Shown here: positions 24,928 to 36,979 of the stretch, one piece after another
Layout of the letters: every line of letters begins with the position of its first letter
How positions within the stretch are numbered: position 1 is the stretch's first letter
Assembly: GCA_040285825.1 (NCBI GenBank)
Contig: JAUPSS010000002.1
Span: 186,001-250,000 of the forward strand
Origin: Eukaryota sp. TZLM1-RC
Lineage: Eukaryota > Protista > Metamonada: BaSk clade
Direction of reading: 5' to 3'
Length of the DNA stretch: 64,000 nucleotides
Program-made: the position numbers and the translations under genes
Notes under the pieces: model-generated
What the model saw: the letters and a program-made list of their open reading frames with translations, nothing else
The model's database searches: none
Told to the model about the DNA's origin: nothing

Positions 24928-27757
24928 TGTTAGTCTTGAATAGTATTTATAGTTAATAGTTTAGTTATTAGTATTCCGCCTGTTAGCTTAAGAAGAGAGA
25001 ATACAATTCCTCTTCGTAATAAATTACACTTTTGTTACTCTACATTGTATGTCAGACAATAACCAACAGCCAAGACCATCAATACGTATTGGGTCCCCAG
25101 AGGCTCGACGTAGGATCCTTGAGGAAGAGACTGGTCCCTCTTCCTCACCACCACTAACCACAGACCCTGCTTCCGTGCTCCCCTCTTCGGTTGAAGCTTC
25201 TGCGCTTCCTGAAACAACTCTTCCCGAGGGTTCTACCCCAAGGGAAAATAGTTCCCTTCCTGAGGATTCCGCTCCAATGGAAGGAAGTTCTTCTCCTCAG
25301 GATTCCGTTCCTGTGGAAGGAGACAACCCTCCCAAGGATTCTGTTCCTTCGGAAGGAAGAAGTCCTTCGTTGGTCTCCTACGACGACGAGGACGCAGAGG
25401 ATTCCGTTGCTCCTCTCCCTCCTTCGCAGTTGAGGGTCCCTGAAGTCCCACCTTCTCCCCTCCATGAAAGAAGTTCTGAAGTGCCACCTTCACCTTCTAT
25501 TCAGAACAGAGAGACTGTCCAACCTTCTCTCAAGTCAAAGGAAGGATTGGAAGATCAACCCTCTTCCTCCTCTACAAAGGCCATTGAAGTACCATCTTCA
25601 TCCCTTTCATCTAGTTCTGAGGTTCCACCCTCTCATTCTCAACAGCTCCTCCCTCCAGTTCCAACTGTTAAGAGGAACATTCAAAATCCTGCTGTTCCAA
25701 CTTCAGGATCTCCTCTAACTTCAACAGTTAGTGGAGTTAATAATCTGTCTGTTTCCCCTCACCAGGCTAGTGATTCCATTCCTAGCACTTCGGACCTTCC
25801 TTCGTATCTTTCTGAAGAGCAAAGGAAAAGGTACGAACAAATCTTTTCAGATTTGGTAGAGTACGAGGAACCTCCCAAGGAATTCTCCCCTCTACCTCAA
25901 CATCAGGTCCCTCCCACGGCACCTTCTTCTGAAGAATATATAGAGCGTTTTCTCCAAGAAGAACGAAACTGGGAACACAGAAAAAGATTGGACAGAGAGA
26001 TTGAAGCTAGAAGAGGAACATCCTCTACACCTGCTCAACTTACCCCTTCTCAAACTAGCTCCCACGCTAGCTCAAGTGTTCATCATGGTGCTTCCCGTCA
26101 GCACAACCCTTACGCTAGATATAGGGACACACGAGTCATTCCAGAGGATCCAGAAGCCATCCCTCCCACGGAGATGAGCAACAAACGTTCTCCTTTCTAC
26201 GGTCCCAAAGTCGAGAACGACTTAGGATTATGGATCTCTTCCATAATAGGTCCATTTCTTACCGATGAAAGGATCACCCCAGAAACCTCCAGGAATGACC
26301 CAGAACCAACTCACAAACCAAGACCCGGAGTTAGGTTGATGAGAACTACTCGAGAAGGAGTATTCAGACGCTTCGCTGGAGATGAAGACAACCTCTTCAT
26401 AAATGTTCACAACCCTTGCCCATACCCTAGCTTCAGCCCTGGGTACAATGCATCTCTCGATATCCTTATCGACAGAGATTATAGAACAGGGTGGTGGTTT
26501 ACCGAAACCACATATGGTGAAAGACTCTTTCTTTACGACAGACGTCCGGACCATACAGCTTCATATTGTGGTCCTGACCACAGAAGATCAGGCAATCTTC
26601 AAAGAGCCCTCCAGCTCGTCACCGTTTTCCCTGGATGCATAGAATCCAGGATGTTAAAGTGGGTAATGGTAGAAGGTCGTATAGAGAAAACAGCTTGGTT
26701 CAACCAGCAATCTCTTCTTACCAAATTCCAGCCCAGATTGAAGAGACAGTACCTTCTCCTGAACCTAACCAACGTGAAGTTCCACCTTCCGCAGATCAAC
26801 CTCTGGAAACTTCTACAGAACCCTCGCATAATCCTCCCATGGAACAAACTGAAGAGGATGTTGTAGTAGAAGTCAGTGATGAGTCCCCATCTCCAGACTC
26901 AATTCCAACTGTGCTAGCACCAATGGAACAAACTCCAGCACCTGCACAGCCTATGGAACAATCAGTGGTTCCACCCACACCTCCTTCCACTGGTTCAACA
27001 AGTTCACAACACACGGCTCAACCAACACCTTCTACGGTTAGTTCTTCACGTTCTACTTTCTCAGGTACTTACGATAGTAACCTTCTCCTATCTTCCATCG
27101 TGGGATCGTCAACTCCAAACCCTTTTGAAGTTGGTCAATTGGTATTGAGAGCATCTGGCTCTTCCGCTAAGCTTCATGGAGACTATTTAGGACCCTTCCT
27201 AATTACTGAAATCGTATCCAATTCGTCTGTGAATATTAAGAATCTCTGCACAGGTACGATTGTCCAAGCTAGCGTCAAACATTTAGCACCCTGGCACACC
27301 AGCTTGCCCACCAACGATGAGTTCCACTCCTGGGTCGCTGCTGGTGATGTCGAAGAACACATCATTGAAAAAGTGCTCAGTCAGGATGGTGACTTTTGCC
27401 AAGTGCAATGGCCTGGAAAAGAGATCACCACCGAACATGTGTCTACAGTCCAAAATACTGCCGCGTATAAAGACTTTATCAAGACTTCAAAAGCACGTCG
27501 CCGTACTAAATCCGCTCCTCCCAAAAAGCGTCATAATACCATTAGTTCACCTCCTGTGACTAGAGCTTCCAGGGCTCGTCGCTCGAAAGAGAGGAAAAGG
27601 CAGTGTTAGTCTTGAATAGTATTTATAGTTAATAGTTTAGTTATTAGTATTCCGCCTGTTAGCTTAAGAAGAGAGAATACAATTCCTCTTCGTAATAAAT
27701 TACACTTCTGTTACTCTACATTGTATGTCAGACAATAACCAACAGCCAAGACCATCA
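24928..27757 (+). mobile_element. Nested non-autonomous LTR element (2830 bp)
   Basis: 154-bp LTRs 24928-25081 and 27604-27757 (TG..CA, one mismatch seen); 4-bp TSD TCTG; PPT AAAGAGAGGAAAAGG; removing it restores the host pol frame INSLS-ALKEAV. Confidence 0.95.
25049..27609 (+). CDS. Pro/Ser-rich protein with unassigned central domain and integrase-type GPF plus chromodomain-like C-terminus (two overlapping ORFs, probably one frameshift)
   Basis: ORFs 25049-26866 and 26635-27609. NPFEVGQLVL..KLHGDYLGPF..VAAGDVEEHIIEKVL..VQW aligns to the C-terminus of 27725-29311. No RT, RH or DDE motifs. Confidence 0.7.
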
Positions 27758-29311
27758 TCTGCACTGAAAGAAGCAGTTGAATATACTAAATTTGATTTAT
27801 TTGACACTTGGATCTCAAAGATTAGGCAAGAACAACTTATAGATGTTGATTCAAATCCTAATTATTATAAAGATTACAATTATAATTCAGACATTCAATT
27901 GTATACCAACAATCGTGGGAAGATTGTTATCCCAGATAGTTTAAAGAAGCAGACTTTAACTATCATTCATGGACATGCAAATGTTGACCATCCTAGTGTG
28001 ACGACTAGCGTAAAGAAATTACTCAATAGTGATTACTTTTGGCCCGACATGCGCAAAGACATGATTAATCATATTAAGAGATGTCCAGCATGTCAAAAGA
28101 CGGCACATGTGCCTAAAGATGTCATTGAATCATCTGGCTCTCTTTGGGCTGATCGACCTTTTGCACGATTAAACGCAGACACTATTGGACCATTACAACA
28201 AGATGATAATGGATTCAAATATTTAATAGTTTTTGTAGATTCGTTCACTAGGTATACGATCATTTGCCCTGCAAAGGAATTGAATGCAGTGGAGGCAACC
28301 AATCACCTCCTATGGACTGTAGTATCAATTTTTGGTATCCCACTGTTGATTCATAGTGACAATGGTATTGAATTTGCAAATGCCATATTCAAAGGGTTAT
28401 GCGATTTATTGAACATTGAAGTAAGTCGTTCACTAACTGGCTTTTCACAAAGCAATGGTTTAGTAGAAAGACGACACAGAGACATCTTACAAAGTCTAAG
28501 AAAGATTTTGGTGGACTCTGGCGATTATCGCAATTGGAGTGAATATATCCCAATTGTACAACTTCAAATCAATTCAACTATTAGTAGAGTTACTGGTCAT
28601 TCACCCTACAATTTAATGTTTGGTAGCGGCCACAGCCCTAGAGCTGATCCTAGTAATATGTTTGAACTAATAAAATCAGTTAATGTTAATATTCCCTTTG
28701 TTAAAGATCTTGAAGCAAAACTTGAAAGGATTTCAAAGAAGAGAGAAGAAACAGAGCTCAGGCAAGCTCAACAACTGCCTGAAGTTAACAAACATAGGAA
28801 CCCTTTTAATAAAGGTGACTTAGTTTTGCGATCAAAGACTAATGGTAAACTCCATGGTTGCTTCGCTGGCCCTTTTCTCCTTGAAGAAGTTAAATCCAAT
28901 AAAAGTTTATTACTAAAGAATCTCGTCACTAGTTCGTTGTCTACGACAAGTATTAATCATTGTAAACTATACCTCTCTGACTTCTCTAAAGAAGATAAAG
29001 ATTGGCATAAGAACGTTGCTGCCGGTGATATGGAAGAATCCGTAATTTTTAAGATTATAGATCACTTCGATTTTATAGACTCGAATGATAATAAAATTCT
29101 TTATTTCACCGCAGTTTGGTTTGGCGGCGAGACATCGTCTGTCCCAGTTGCTGACGTTAAAAGCACTGAGGCATACCAATCATATTTGCGAACCCTTAGT
29201 CCTCACACTACCAGGAAACGGAAAATAAATTCCAATTCTAAATCTAAGACTAATTCCCCCGCAGTTAATTCTTATAGCTCTCGTACGAGACCTAAGAGAG
29301 GGAAAAGGTAG
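27725..29311 (+). CDS. Gypsy integrase (H2C2 finger, DDE core, GPF, chromodomain-like), open frame started by the ATG of the nested 3' LTR
   Basis: HGHANVDH..FWPDM..CPACQK; DTIGPL; HSDNGIEF; SNGLVERRH; FAGPF. Confidence 0.9.
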   Translation: MSDNNQQPRPSSALKEAVEYTKFDLFDTWISKIRQEQLIDVDSNPNYYKDYNYNSDIQLYTNNRGKIVIPDSLKKQTLTIIHGHANVDHPSVTTSVKKLLNSDYFWPDMRKDMINHIKRCPACQKTAHVPKDVIESSGSLWADRPFARLNADTIGPLQQDDNGFKYLIVFVDSFTRYTIICPAKELNAVEATNHLLWTVVSIFGIPLLIHSDNGIEFANAIFKGLCDLLNIEVSRSLTGFSQSNGLVERRHRDILQSLRKILVDSGDYRNWSEYIPIVQLQINSTISRVTGHSPYNLMFGSGHSPRADPSNMFELIKSVNVNIPFVKDLEAKLERISKKREETELRQAQQLPEVNKHRNPFNKGDLVLRSKTNGKLHGCFAGPFLLEEVKSNKSLLLKNLVTSSLSTTSINHCKLYLSDFSKEDKDWHKNVAAGDMEESVIFKIIDHFDFIDSNDNKILYFTAVWFGGETSSVPVADVKSTEAYQSYLRTLSPHTTRKRKINSNSKSKTNSPAVNSYSSRTRPKRGKR

Positions 29312-29439
29312 TGTTGTATTGTGGACAATTAGTCTAGTATAAACTTCACTAGTGACGGCCTTTATAAGGGTCAGTGAAATTTAATAAATACCTTTATCTT
29401 TTATCTCTATTCTGTACAATGTCTAACCATACAGCATCA
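29312..29439 (+). repeat. 3' LTR of outer Gypsy element (128 bp, TG..CA)
   Basis: Follows the PPT and the integrase stop codon; followed by TSD AGTG. Confidence 0.92.
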
Positions 29440-30304
29440 AGTGAGATTCACTGATGTCTGTAATTTTTTTATACCGTTAGCGCAATCAAAATATTAGTTT
29501 TCCTTATCTGTTACCGAGAAAACTAAATTTGATAAATGTAAAGCAAAGTTGCTATCCTTGAATGCCAAATCGCAAACTCATTGTGTCCTTTGTCCATTTG
29601 CATTCTTCGTACAATGGATAATTTTGTTGAAATTGTGAAGCAGCATACAGGAAGAGTTTTTGACAAAGCTAACGAACAAAATAGAAAATTGGACCAAGAT
29701 ATCGAAGAAGCTAACGTTAATAAAAATAAACAACTTATCTTTATTGCTTACCCTTTTTCTATAAACGGAAGACTAAGCATGAAATAGAATCAGGAATTTT
29801 GTTTGAATGTTCTCCAAAAATTGTTTCAAGAAAAATTGATGAAGACATTTGAGAATTTTTATGACGCTCAAGAAGTCAATTTGCACTAATAACTAGATTA
29901 CCTCGATTTTTTCATCGAATCAGAAAACCAATGTCGAGTAAACAAGTAGAACAGGGTTGTTTTGTGCTTGATTTATCCGAAGCATGAATGAGATCGTTCA
30001 TCAACCAAGCTCAATCACCAGATTACAGCTAACAGAAAGCCAAAAGAAAGAAAATTAATGGTAATAGTGCCCACCTCCTGTCACTGAAGCATAAACGTAA
30101 AGTTTTGTCTACCCATTATTGGTAGGAATCTTCTAGAACATTGTATTGAGTTGTGATTTTCACGACGTTCAAATTTTTATCAACATTGATTGATTGAAAT
30201 CGACTCTGTTTGAATACTTCGGTCAGACAATAAACCCTCTGACAGAAATAAGTGAAATATTATAATTAAATAAAAAACTATATTTATTAAAATCTATTTA
30301 AAAA

Positions 30305-33202
30305 TTAGACATGTCTCCAATCATCTTGTTGCTTTAATTGTTCTTTTTTCATTGATTTTCGTTTCTTAAAACGTGTCATAACGTCATCATCATGTGAAGT
30401 TTGCGGTTGAACCTCAGCTGGTTCGGCTTTTTGTTCTTTGCCAGCCCTGGCCTTACGTTGTTCATAACGTGCCAAAACATCATCCTGTGCAGACAATCCA
30501 GCAGCAGGCGTGGTTCTTGACATTCTTTCAGACATCTTTTGCTCAACATCTTCCTTCTGTCGAGTAGCTTCAGTTTTGTCGAAACTGGGTCTTTGAGGAG
30601 GAATAACAGATGTGGAAGCAGTTGCTACAACGTGTTTCTTTCTGCTGGCCAACTTCTCCATCGCCAACCTCCTATTCTTCTCAGCTTCACTTTCGTCAAC
30701 TTCACCCACTTCACGAACCTCCTGTGAAGGCTTAGCAATGGATTCAGTAGAGGAAGCAGGCAAAACAACCTCTGTCTTCTTTTGTTTGTTCTGCATCTTC
30801 TCCATCAACAATCTCCTATTCTTCTCAGCTTCCTGTTCATCAACTTCACCCACCTCCACAGCTTCCAACCTAGTTTGATCAGGACCCGTGACAGAAATGA
30901 CCTCAGTAACACGAGAAACGACAGGTGCAGCTTGTGGAGTAGGTTCCCTTGCCGCCTTTCTTTTGCTTAACATTTCCAGAACGCCAGCAGCTTGTCTATC
31001 AGCTTCACCCTTATCCAGCTTCTCAATCAAGCTTGCATTATACTCATCTTGCTCTCGTCGTTCTTCTGCTTTCCTTTCTTCTTCTTGCTTCCTTTTTCTT
31101 TCTTCAAGCGCACGTTGAGCATCTGCTTGGTTCTTAGCAGCTGCATCCATGTCGATATTGCCCTCAACCGCAGAAACTTCATGATCCTGATCGATTTCGG
31201 CGATGAGACCAGCTTCTTTCTGTTCTTCTCTAATAGATTCGAGTAACTGATTAGCTAAGTCAAAAACAGGTAATAAGCGGTGTTTTTCCTTAATGGCTAC
31301 TTCCCAATTGTTCTTATGAGCAATTGTGGCTTCTTCAACGTACTTTTCATACTTATCCTGTGCTTCTTTGGCAATTTCAGCTTGCGCTTGCTTTCGCAGA
31401 GGAATTTCTTCCCGTCTGACGGCTCTTTCATAATAATCAGCTCTTCTATTTAACTTATCAAGCATTCTACTTCTCTGTTCTTCCTTCTTTCTCTTCTCAA
31501 TGAGGAGTCGCTGTTGCTCTCGACGTTTCTCTTCTAGGCTCTGTTCATGAGCAATTCTCTTGGCCTCCTTATCCTTTTCTCTCCTTGCTTGTTCCTCTGC
31601 CACTCTTTCTTCTTCTTCTTTTTGACGTTGAAGTTGACGCTCTGCTTCTTGATTTTGCAGACGTTGTTGCTTGGATTGGTTAATCTTTTCTATTTGCTGC
31701 TGCTTATGATTAATTACCCTTCGCCTTTCAATGCAATTACGGTGCTCAGTCTCAATAGTCTCTCGGACAGACTCACAAATCTTAGCATGGGATTCAAGTT
31801 TACTTTTCAAACAAATTTTGCTTGAGATGGCATCTATTTGGGCAATAGTGTTAGCACAAGCTGCCAGCTTTGCGGAAACAAGAGGATTCTTGACAAAGAT
31901 AACTTGTTGAAATGCCAAATCAACTCTTGGAAGATAAGAAAGCGAATTTAAGTTGTTTTTACCCATAAAAAGCATCAACTCCATTGGTAACATAGCAGAA
32001 TTAACACCCAAATATTGACTCAGTTGGTTAAAAGTAAGGCTAGAAAATGATTTTGAAAGACGATCAAAAATAGAAATCCAAATGATTGATTTGACTTCTG
32101 CTGAAATTGAGGTTGCGTCAACGGCAGTCTTGCATTTTGACCACATTTTTGAAACATCAACATCATTGGGTTCAGAAACAACTCTGAAAAGTTCAATAAA
32201 CTCTTGACTCGCATATTTATTGATTTTTGAGCGAATCACGTCAACAAACACGTGATCTTCAGCATAACCAATGGGAGCTTTAATAACGATACCAAGACTT
32301 TCACTAAGAGTAGTGTCTCTACTTCTGTTAGAAAAATCAGGAACAACATTTAGCAAAGAGCAAACAGTAGCAGCAACAACATCATTGCTTAGCTGCTTTA
32401 ATTCAACAGGGTCACTAGTGAGGTCGATTAACTGACATCCGAGAATAGAGAAGTACCTAAAGGACTTTGAGACCCAAAACAAAAGACAAACTTGAGAGAG
32501 AAATCTTCTTTGGGCCTCAGTAGTTAACAGACTTAAATGCTTCGTAACGTTTAATAACTTGGAAATATCCCCGATTGTTCTCTTGGCTTCCTGCCATTGC
32601 TCAAGTTTGGTTGCGGTTTCAAGCAATTCGAATCTAGTGTTAACATGGTGTATAATGACTTCCTTATCATTAATAGCTTCCTCGTCAGAGAGAAGGAACT
32701 TTAACTGATTGCGTAATAGATCAGAAAGCTGCTTGAACTCAGCAACACGCTTGTGTGTAAGACAAAAGGAGAAGGCTTCAGTGGCAACGGCAACGTAGAG
32801 GGAGCTGACTGAGGTGCTGGAATAACGAAGAACATCGAAGCAGGTACGGTAGAGATCGAGGATTGTGGAGTGGTCAGCGTCTACCGTGGAAATAGCAGAG
32901 AGACTGTGTTTAACAGCATTTTCAAAAGGGGCAAAAGTGTGGGCAAGACCATACGAGCGAATGGCATCCTGCATATAAGGAGAGCCACAGACGAAGCGGA
33001 GACGATTAAGACCTTCACGTAGTTGTTTGGGTTTGTGTAGTCTGACAGCAAGATCAACGAGAAAGATAACACAACGCTCTAGATCAGGACTATACTTGCG
33101 AGTTTCATTAACAGTATCGTTGAGTTGCTGGAGAGCAAGATCGGGCTGGTCACAACTTACCAGTTCCTCTGCACGAATAAGGGCAGTTGAAGCTTTGGAC
33201 AT
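30305..33202 (-). CDS. EIF3A: Translation initiation factor eIF3 subunit A
   Basis: 965 aa; N-terminal TALIRAEEL, TRFELLETATKLEQWQEA, long charged coiled coil with DYYERAVRREEIPL. Confidence 0.88.
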   Translation of the reverse strand: MSKASTALIRAEELVSCDQPDLALQQLNDTVNETRKYSPDLERCVIFLVDLAVRLHKPKQLREGLNRLRFVCGSPYMQDAIRSYGLAHTFAPFENAVKHSLSAISTVDADHSTILDLYRTCFDVLRYSSTSVSSLYVAVATEAFSFCLTHKRVAEFKQLSDLLRNQLKFLLSDEEAINDKEVIIHHVNTRFELLETATKLEQWQEAKRTIGDISKLLNVTKHLSLLTTEAQRRFLSQVCLLFWVSKSFRYFSILGCQLIDLTSDPVELKQLSNDVVAATVCSLLNVVPDFSNRSRDTTLSESLGIVIKAPIGYAEDHVFVDVIRSKINKYASQEFIELFRVVSEPNDVDVSKMWSKCKTAVDATSISAEVKSIIWISIFDRLSKSFSSLTFNQLSQYLGVNSAMLPMELMLFMGKNNLNSLSYLPRVDLAFQQVIFVKNPLVSAKLAACANTIAQIDAISSKICLKSKLESHAKICESVRETIETEHRNCIERRRVINHKQQQIEKINQSKQQRLQNQEAERQLQRQKEEEERVAEEQARREKDKEAKRIAHEQSLEEKRREQQRLLIEKRKKEEQRSRMLDKLNRRADYYERAVRREEIPLRKQAQAEIAKEAQDKYEKYVEEATIAHKNNWEVAIKEKHRLLPVFDLANQLLESIREEQKEAGLIAEIDQDHEVSAVEGNIDMDAAAKNQADAQRALEERKRKQEEERKAEERREQDEYNASLIEKLDKGEADRQAAGVLEMLSKRKAAREPTPQAAPVVSRVTEVISVTGPDQTRLEAVEVGEVDEQEAEKNRRLLMEKMQNKQKKTEVVLPASSTESIAKPSQEVREVGEVDESEAEKNRRLAMEKLASRKKHVVATASTSVIPPQRPSFDKTEATRQKEDVEQKMSERMSRTTPAAGLSAQDDVLARYEQRKARAGKEQKAEPAEVQPQTSHDDDVMTRFKKRKSMKKEQLKQQDDWRHV

Positions 33203-33887
33203 CAGATATTATCACAAAAGAATCAAATAGAAGTAATCTGCTCAGAGTTCCAATGAATTTACTCTCCTCCAATTTTAGATTTTCCCACGTAGCTCGACCA
33301 ATCGTTTTGATCATTTTAGACTTTCGGATGGTTTGCTAAGCAGTGGACCTATCAATGTTGGGAACGGTTATTTCTTAAATATGATGAATAAACAGTTTTT
33401 ATCTAAATGTATTAAATGTATCTGGATGACAAGCTTAGTTGTTTCAAAGAAATCGACTCTGAGTGATTGTTCTGCCATTGTGTTAATTTTGTTGAGATAT
33501 TGTTGAGATGAATTACTTACATCAGTACATTTGCCTTAATACATATCACGAGGTTTCTCTCAATGAACCTTAGGCATTGCCAAGACTTATTTAAATTGTT
33601 CATTTCATTGATTGCACTATCACATTGCAAGTCTTCAGTTTCCTTAACTTTGAGACAACCACAACATTTCAAAAATGAGTATTCTAAGTTATTTTGGTCA
33701 CCCGCAAAGACGCATTCACAAATCCATAGAGTTATGTTGTTTCACTATTGTAAATTGTATATTACTAGATGTTGCCATCGAAGTCTTTTACTAGTGTAAT
33801 AATAATTCAGTTGTACGTCTTCATCATACATTTCATCACTGATGTCATTTACTATAAGTATTTTATATCACCCACATTCAATCAAAA

Positions 33888-34805
33888 ATGTTATATGTGC
33901 GCAAATTTGTGTTATCCATGTGCATAAACTTTCGACTTAACCTCTCCAAACTTACAGAACCTTAACAACATCTTTTATTACCTATCTGTTGGGACATGTA
34001 GAACGAATGTGCCCTTCCTGAAAACATATACCACATCTTGGCCTTCTTCTAGCCCTCCTAGCACCCACAATGTCAGACGATTGTACAAGTTGAGGTTCGT
34101 TCAACTGTTGAACAATTGTTGCTTGTTGCTCACGTAAAACCTCTCTGAGCCTCATCAAATGAGCTTCAGTCAATTGGGCCGTTTCTGAAACAAATTCTCG
34201 AGATAGCTGTTGTCTAGTATCAACAGGGACGTCGCTGCCACAGGGCGGTATTGAAGGTTCTGGATCAAGTAAGATCCAATGAGAATGAAATTGTTCCACT
34301 TCAAAGCGAGTTCATGAGTATAATTGTTCCTTGACAGTGTGAATACAAGGAATTCCCAGTGTTGTTGGTTCAACACAACAACATTGTTCTCCCTAGTTGT
34401 TCACTGGTTGTACCATCATTTGTTTTAATTTTTTAATAATAAAATGGCTGACCCTTTTTTTATTTTGATAAATAAGGGATTAGACAAAAGTTCGCAATCG
34501 ACTGCACTGGTTTCGATACAGATTGTTTATCTGATTTCATCAAATTGGTACATGACGTATTGTTCCCTTTGATTTATTTGATTCATTAACAGCAAAGTAC
34601 TGCTCTTTGGTTTAAATGTGAATTGCCAGAAACAGGTCAGAAGATGTTCCGATAGAGCCAACTTGTGAAGGTAATTGTGTTGTAAAAGTTGATGGCATCA
34701 ACAGTATCAGGAGTTGATCGATATAAGATGTGTGCACACAGATAGTAAAAATGCACACGTATGACATTTGCACATGGATAAGACACATTTGTACACGTAT
34801 ATCAT
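33888..34805 (-). mobile_element. MULE (Mutator-like) relic, internally deleted
   Basis: ~37-bp imperfect inverted repeats 33888-33924 and 34769-34805; SWIM-like CCVEPTTLGIPCIH, FHSHW, and C-terminal knuckle CGICFQEGHIRSTC. No clean TSD. Confidence 0.65.
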
Positions 34806-34965
34806 CACCCAGATTCAATAGCATAAAATGTGGAATCTTTGAAGCATTGTAAGACTTTTGGGAAATTTCCATGATTTTTTTAACTTCAATCCCTGGAAAT
34901 ATTTTTGGAAATTTCTGAAATTTCGGAATTTCAAGTCGTGTTTTAATTGGTTTATTTGTTTGACG

Positions 34966-35570
34966 CAGTGTTTTAATTCCGAACGTTCGGAAGGGTTGCG
35001 AATGTTCCGCCATTACTCTCAACTAGAAGTTTGAAAGCATGCTCCAGAATTGTCGCCTAGAGAATGGTGGACGATATATGGTAGTCGAGACGGTAAGCTG
35101 AGAAGTGTTGCACTGAGAATACTCTCACAATGTGCACTGACTGGCAGTGCTGAGCGAAATTTATCAGCATCTGGATTTATCAAGAACACGAGAAGAAACC
35201 GTCTCAGTGACAGACTAGCAAACGATCTTGTTTCTTTTTCAAACATGAAGTTGAAAAAAACACTGGAGAACAAGAAGGAGAGCTATTTGAAATGGAAAAC
35301 AGAGCCAGTGGAGACAGATTGGGTTCTAGAAAGTGAGTCTGACGAAATCGAGGATCCTTGTCTTGTAGACCACTTAAAAAGAGTAATTAGTCAGGTTAAT
35401 GACCTAGATTCAGATGTTGTGGAACTTTCTGAATAAACGTTTTCATTGTTGGTTGATAGTTAGTATAATAATATAAGGAGAACATCAACAATTACAACTC
35501 AAACAGAGATCAACCCAGATGCCGAACTAACCGAACGTACACCGAACGTAGCTCAGTAATTCTAACATTG
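34966..35570 (+). mobile_element. Internally deleted hAT element (605 bp)
   Basis: Perfect 8-bp TSD GTTTGACG (34958-34965, 35571-35578); imperfect TIR CAGTGTTTTAATT / AATTCTAACATTG; CCGAAC subterminal repeats; EWW..LRSVALRILS..SAERNLS..RRNRL dimerisation domain. Confidence 0.9.
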
Positions 35571-36979
35571 GTTTGACGCAATGTGCACAGAAACACGTGC
35601 TCATTCATTATGAAGACGTGTTTTGCACGCGCGCGTGTTCGAACACCGGTGTTTAACATGTGCTAAACACTTTATACTGAATCTCAATTCTCTTACTCTC
35701 CTCAATTCCAACAATGTCCCCAAAAAGACGTCCTGTCTTTGACCTTCTTAAAAGAAATCCCAATAATCCAAAATAATCCAGAATTTAGAGTATTGTTTTA
35801 TAATAAATGTTAGTTTGACCTGATGTATTAGTGTACTCTGTTCAAGAAGGATGCAAATTATAAATTACACTGATTTCGTATTTTAATTAAATAACAGCAA
35901 GTCCACAGTTGCATAGAACTGCATGGTGTGCAGTAAATATGATGGTGTTCAGCCTTTGTTACAGAATTTACAATTTGCATTATTACAAGCTGATAGACCA
36001 TGACATATAGTAACTGGGATCTTTTCTCTTCTATAGCATCTAGGTGCAATATTCTACCCCCACGGAAGGATCACAACGACGATTCCGTTCGAAAACCGAG
36101 GCTCCGTCCTGCCGTTTATTCCTGTAAAGCAGCACGACTTTTCCCGACTGAGGAGTTCGCGAGGAGGAGGTGGCAACTGAGTCCGTTACCTCGTTATCCT
36201 TTTTCTCGTTTTGCTGCATGATGTTAGAACAATGTGAAATGTCAAGAGAATCACGCTGAGAGATGTCTGACATGCTGATTGCAATTTCAAATTGATTGCT
36301 AATTATCACAATGGTATCAAGTGCCTATCCAATGTATCTCTGTCAGCATCCGCTCTATTTATTCTCTAGCAAGTTATGGTATCGAGCTTTTTTCGTTGAT
36401 AAGCCAGAGCCTTTCATTACCATCATCCATGTTCTACATTGTGTCATCTCTTCCCTTAAAACCAGCTCAAAAAGCTACAACTACTTCTGACTTCCACAGA
36501 TATCAGCAAATGACACGTGCAGTGTGTGCTGAAGAATCATTTTACACCACGCTTCTTTCCTTACTTTCTACTCTGTCCACACTTCTAACCCTTTGCAGTC
36601 TTCTTCGTGAGCTTGGAGTTCTTTATGAAGCTCGTTTTCATTTATAAGAAGTGAATAGTGAAAGTAATTTGGCTCCATATTTGTCACAGTGATAGTTTTT
36701 AGTTTTATTACGTATTGCATCAGTGAATCTGCAGCATTATCGGATTTTTATACTTTTTCCATTGGTGTATTGAACTATAATTGAAATAATTGTGGAATAT
36801 TGACTACGATATGGTTTGTCAGATTTGCAGCTTCCACTGGTATATTGATTGAATAACTGAATACTTGGTGCATGATGTATTTTTCAAAGAAAATCAAATA
36901 ATAGTAAAAAATGTTTATTGAAAAATAATAAGAATTATAAAAACATTTGCTTTTATTAATTGATATGTCACTAGTTGAA

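Larger units (their letters stand above)
19897..29439 (+). mobile_element. Ty3/Gypsy LTR retrotransposon with chromodomain-like integrase; complete structure, inactivated by stops, frameshifts and a nested insertion
   Basis: LTRs 19897-20007 and 29312-29439; 4-bp TSD AGTG; PPT AAGAGAGGGAAAAGG; order gag-PR-RT-RH-IN. Confidence 0.95.
19770..29665 (+). mobile_element. CRE-like family C 3' fragment split by the LTR element (pieces ~19770-19896 and 29440-29665)
   Basis: Joined flanks give ATCATTACTGA-AGTG-AGATTCACTGATGT, collinear with the uninterrupted copy at ~42857 (IITDVRSTDV). Confidence 0.8.

Noticed and set aside
36000-36650. Overlapping short ORFs, possibly a decayed gene
   Set aside because: No motif or consistent intron model found
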